A stretch of 63,725 bases of DNA, counting the filler, from Octopus bimaculoides (lineage: Eukaryota): NCBI RefSeq assembly GCF_001194135.2. It is 8 parts of 7 records of this genome, joined end to end, with 100 filler letters (N's around TTAATTAATTAA, not from the genome) between each part and the next. Parts side by side here need not be neighbours in the genome. Positions count along the whole stretch, not along the records: positions 61,100 to 62,568 come from NW_026317555.1; positions 62,669 to 63,725 come from NW_026436699.1; 6 more parts are not named here. One strand, given 5' to 3'. Below, one piece after another: positions 61,591 through 63,725 of this stretch. Each line of letters begins with the position of its first letter. Positions within the stretch are counted from its first letter, which is position 1. A program made the position numbers and the translations under genes. The notes under the pieces were generated by a model. That model ran no database searches and was not told the origin of the DNA. It saw nothing but the letters and a program-made list of their open reading frames with translations.

Positions 61591-62019
61591 TTTGCAGTGT
61601 TGTCCTGTCAAATGTTTACCAAAAATGTTTAAATATCTAAATCTTGTTAAAATACTAAACTTGATGTTGAAACATTATGTTCTATTGGTAAACAAGAAGA
61701 TTTGATATACTGTTGTTTAGGCTTGATGAAGGAGACTTATGCTCAAAAGCATTCCAACCCAACTGATCTCTCATGTTTTTCAAGCATAGTGCAATCATGT
61801 TATTCAATGCAGATTAAAGTAAAAATATATTTGAATTTCTCAGTCTTTCTCTTCACGTTTGTGTCTGAAGGTCTTAATATTTAACAGTATTTTTTGTCAA
61901 CATACCTTTACACATTGGATTATGTAGCTGTAGTACTAGTTGACAAAAAAGACAGGATGGTCATGACTGGAGCGCCTTTAAACATAGATCTGCTCAGTCA
62001 ATGTTGTCAAGCGAAAGCG

Positions 62020-62490
62020 AAATCGTGATGGCAGCTGTACCAGTGGAGCACTAAGAGCACCGTCCGAGCGTGATCGTTTCCAGAGCAGCTGTCTGGCTTC
62101 CGTGCCGGTGGCACACAAATACCACCTTTTGAGCGTGATCGTTACCAACGTCGCCTTCCTGGCACTTGTGCCAGTGGCACATGTAAAGACCTTCGAGCAA
62201 GATCGTTGCCAGTACCGCTGGACTGGCTCCTGTGCAGGTGGCATGTAAAATACACCATTTCGAGCGTGGCCGTTGCCAGTACCGCCTGACTGGCCTTCGT
62301 GCCGGTGGCACGTAAAAGCACCCACTACACTCTCGGAGTGGTTGGTGTTAGGAAGGGCATCCAGCTGTAGAAACTCTGCCAAATCAGATTGGAGCCTGGT
62401 GTGGCCACCTGGTCCACCAGTCCTTAGTCAAATCGTCCAACCCATGCTAGCATGGAAAGCGGACGTTAAACGATGATGATGATGATGATA
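62020..62490 (+). mobile_element. SINE-like element with four internal ~65-nt tandem units and an RTE-type (GAT)n tail
   Basis: Units start at 62066, 62131, 62195 and 62262. The 3' end CCCATGCTAGCATGGAAAGCGGACGTTAAA(CGAT/GAT)n resembles the tail at about 20070-20192. Confidence 0.65.
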
Positions 62491-62568
62491 TAGTATAAAT
62501 AGGTACATATGTATAAGCATATATATATATGTGTGTGTGCGTGCGTGTGTGTGTGTGTGTGTGTGTGT

Positions 62569-62668
62569 NNNNNNNNNNNNNNNNNNNNNNNNNNNNNNNN
62601 NNNNNNNNNNNNTTAATTAATTAANNNNNNNNNNNNNNNNNNNNNNNNNNNNNNNNNNNNNNNNNNNN
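62569..62668. other. Artificial contig linker
   Basis: N44-TTAATTAATTAA-N44. Confidence 0.95.
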
Positions 62669-62739
62669 ATGTTATAATTGCATACTTTATTCCTACATAT
62701 GTTTCAATGGATTACAACTTATGTGATATTAAAATTGTA

Positions 62740-63418
62740 ACCTTCTATAAATAAGAACTTTCCTAAACATTCTCACTACTCCCAAGTCATAAACACACAC
62801 ACGATTAGATTCGGTTTCTCTAACATGAAGAACATTTCACAGATAATATCTGCACACAATATGAGGCTTTTGCATCCAAAAGAAAGTTCAAACAGTAATA
62901 ATATTGAACCAAACATTATTAACCCTTACCAAAATAACAATAATAACACTAATAATAATAATAATATGGGGAACAATAATAATAACACGACACATAATAG
63001 TAATAGTCACAACAACAAAATCCTTATTTCAGAAGTCAATAGCAAAAGAATTAGTTTTTTAAGTGAAAATGCGAAACTCAGAAACACTATCTACCAATGC
63101 CAAGTTAATACTCCCACAAATACTCAATTTTATGTAGGTTCTTCCTCTACACCATTATCCACTAGAATTTCTAACCATTTTTCATCCTTTAGAGATAGAA
63201 ACAAACGTAATTCCACGAGCCTTAGCAAACTAATTTGGGATCTTAAAGATAATAACATTAAATTTAAACTAGACTGGTTTATTCTTTCTATTTGTAAGCC
63301 ATATGCAAAGGGTGAAAAATTTTGCAATATTTGTGTTACAGAACTCCTCTTCATTTTATTTTCAAAGAATAATCTGGTAAATACTTTCATAGAACTTTCT
63401 TACAGATGTAAACACTGA
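62740..63418 (+). mobile_element. Penelope-like element C-terminus with GIY-YIG endonuclease
   Basis: NTIYQCQV...FYVG...RISNHFSSFR...RNSTSLSKLIWDLK...WFIL...KPY...CNIC..E...ELSYRCKH*, preceded by a KxISxHN-type thumb region. Confidence 0.88.
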
Positions 63419-63725
63419 CAAAAACATACATTTTCAGCATTTAAATAACAGTCATTTTTTTAAACGCTATCATCTTTACCCGTAATAAGTAAATTCTTCA
63501 AATAGTTCTAATAAAACATACTATTATTCCCTCAGAGGTTAGAAGATTAACATTATTTACGATTCAAATTTGTTATCTAAACTTTCGTAATTTATTAACC
63601 TAAATTAGAGCATATTTTAAATCTTGATACACTCTTGTAACAACCAAAACATAGAAAATTTATGTACCTTTGAATATACCGGTATGGGTGTTTTTTTTTT
63701 ATATATACGCGTGTATCTGTGAGAG

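Noticed and set aside
62066-62325. CRISPR array (also considered for 14107-14300)
   Set aside because: Eukaryotic context, no unique spacers between identical repeats and no cas genes; these are diverged tandem units.

Overview
This is AT-rich, microsatellite- and SINE-laden animal DNA, inferred to be an octopus (coleoid cephalopod) draft assembly from the synaptotagmin sequence and the repeat landscape. It is not one continuous locus: seven identical 100-nt artificial linkers (N44-TTAATTAATTAA-N44) split it into eight segments whose adjacency is unproven. Segment 1 (1-12529) holds five coding exons of synaptotagmin-1 (C2A and most of C2B). Two of them are duplicated 134-nt, frame-incompatible C2B exons (mutually exclusive splicing), and the last exon is not visible. 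Other host-gene candidates are a 5'-truncated uninterrupted ORF of over 1200 codons on the minus strand with about four beta-propeller-like modules (57328-60999), and the first coding exon of a secreted protein (53976-54203, minus). The rest is intronic or intergenic. It contains tRNA-derived SINEs, decayed RTE, Tx1/L1 and RLE-type LINEs, Penelope-like fragments, a mariner fragment, a Gypsy 3' end, and a MITE with an 8-bp TSD. It also contains two minimal type-I hammerhead ribozyme motifs. All calls are by eye; no database searches were run.
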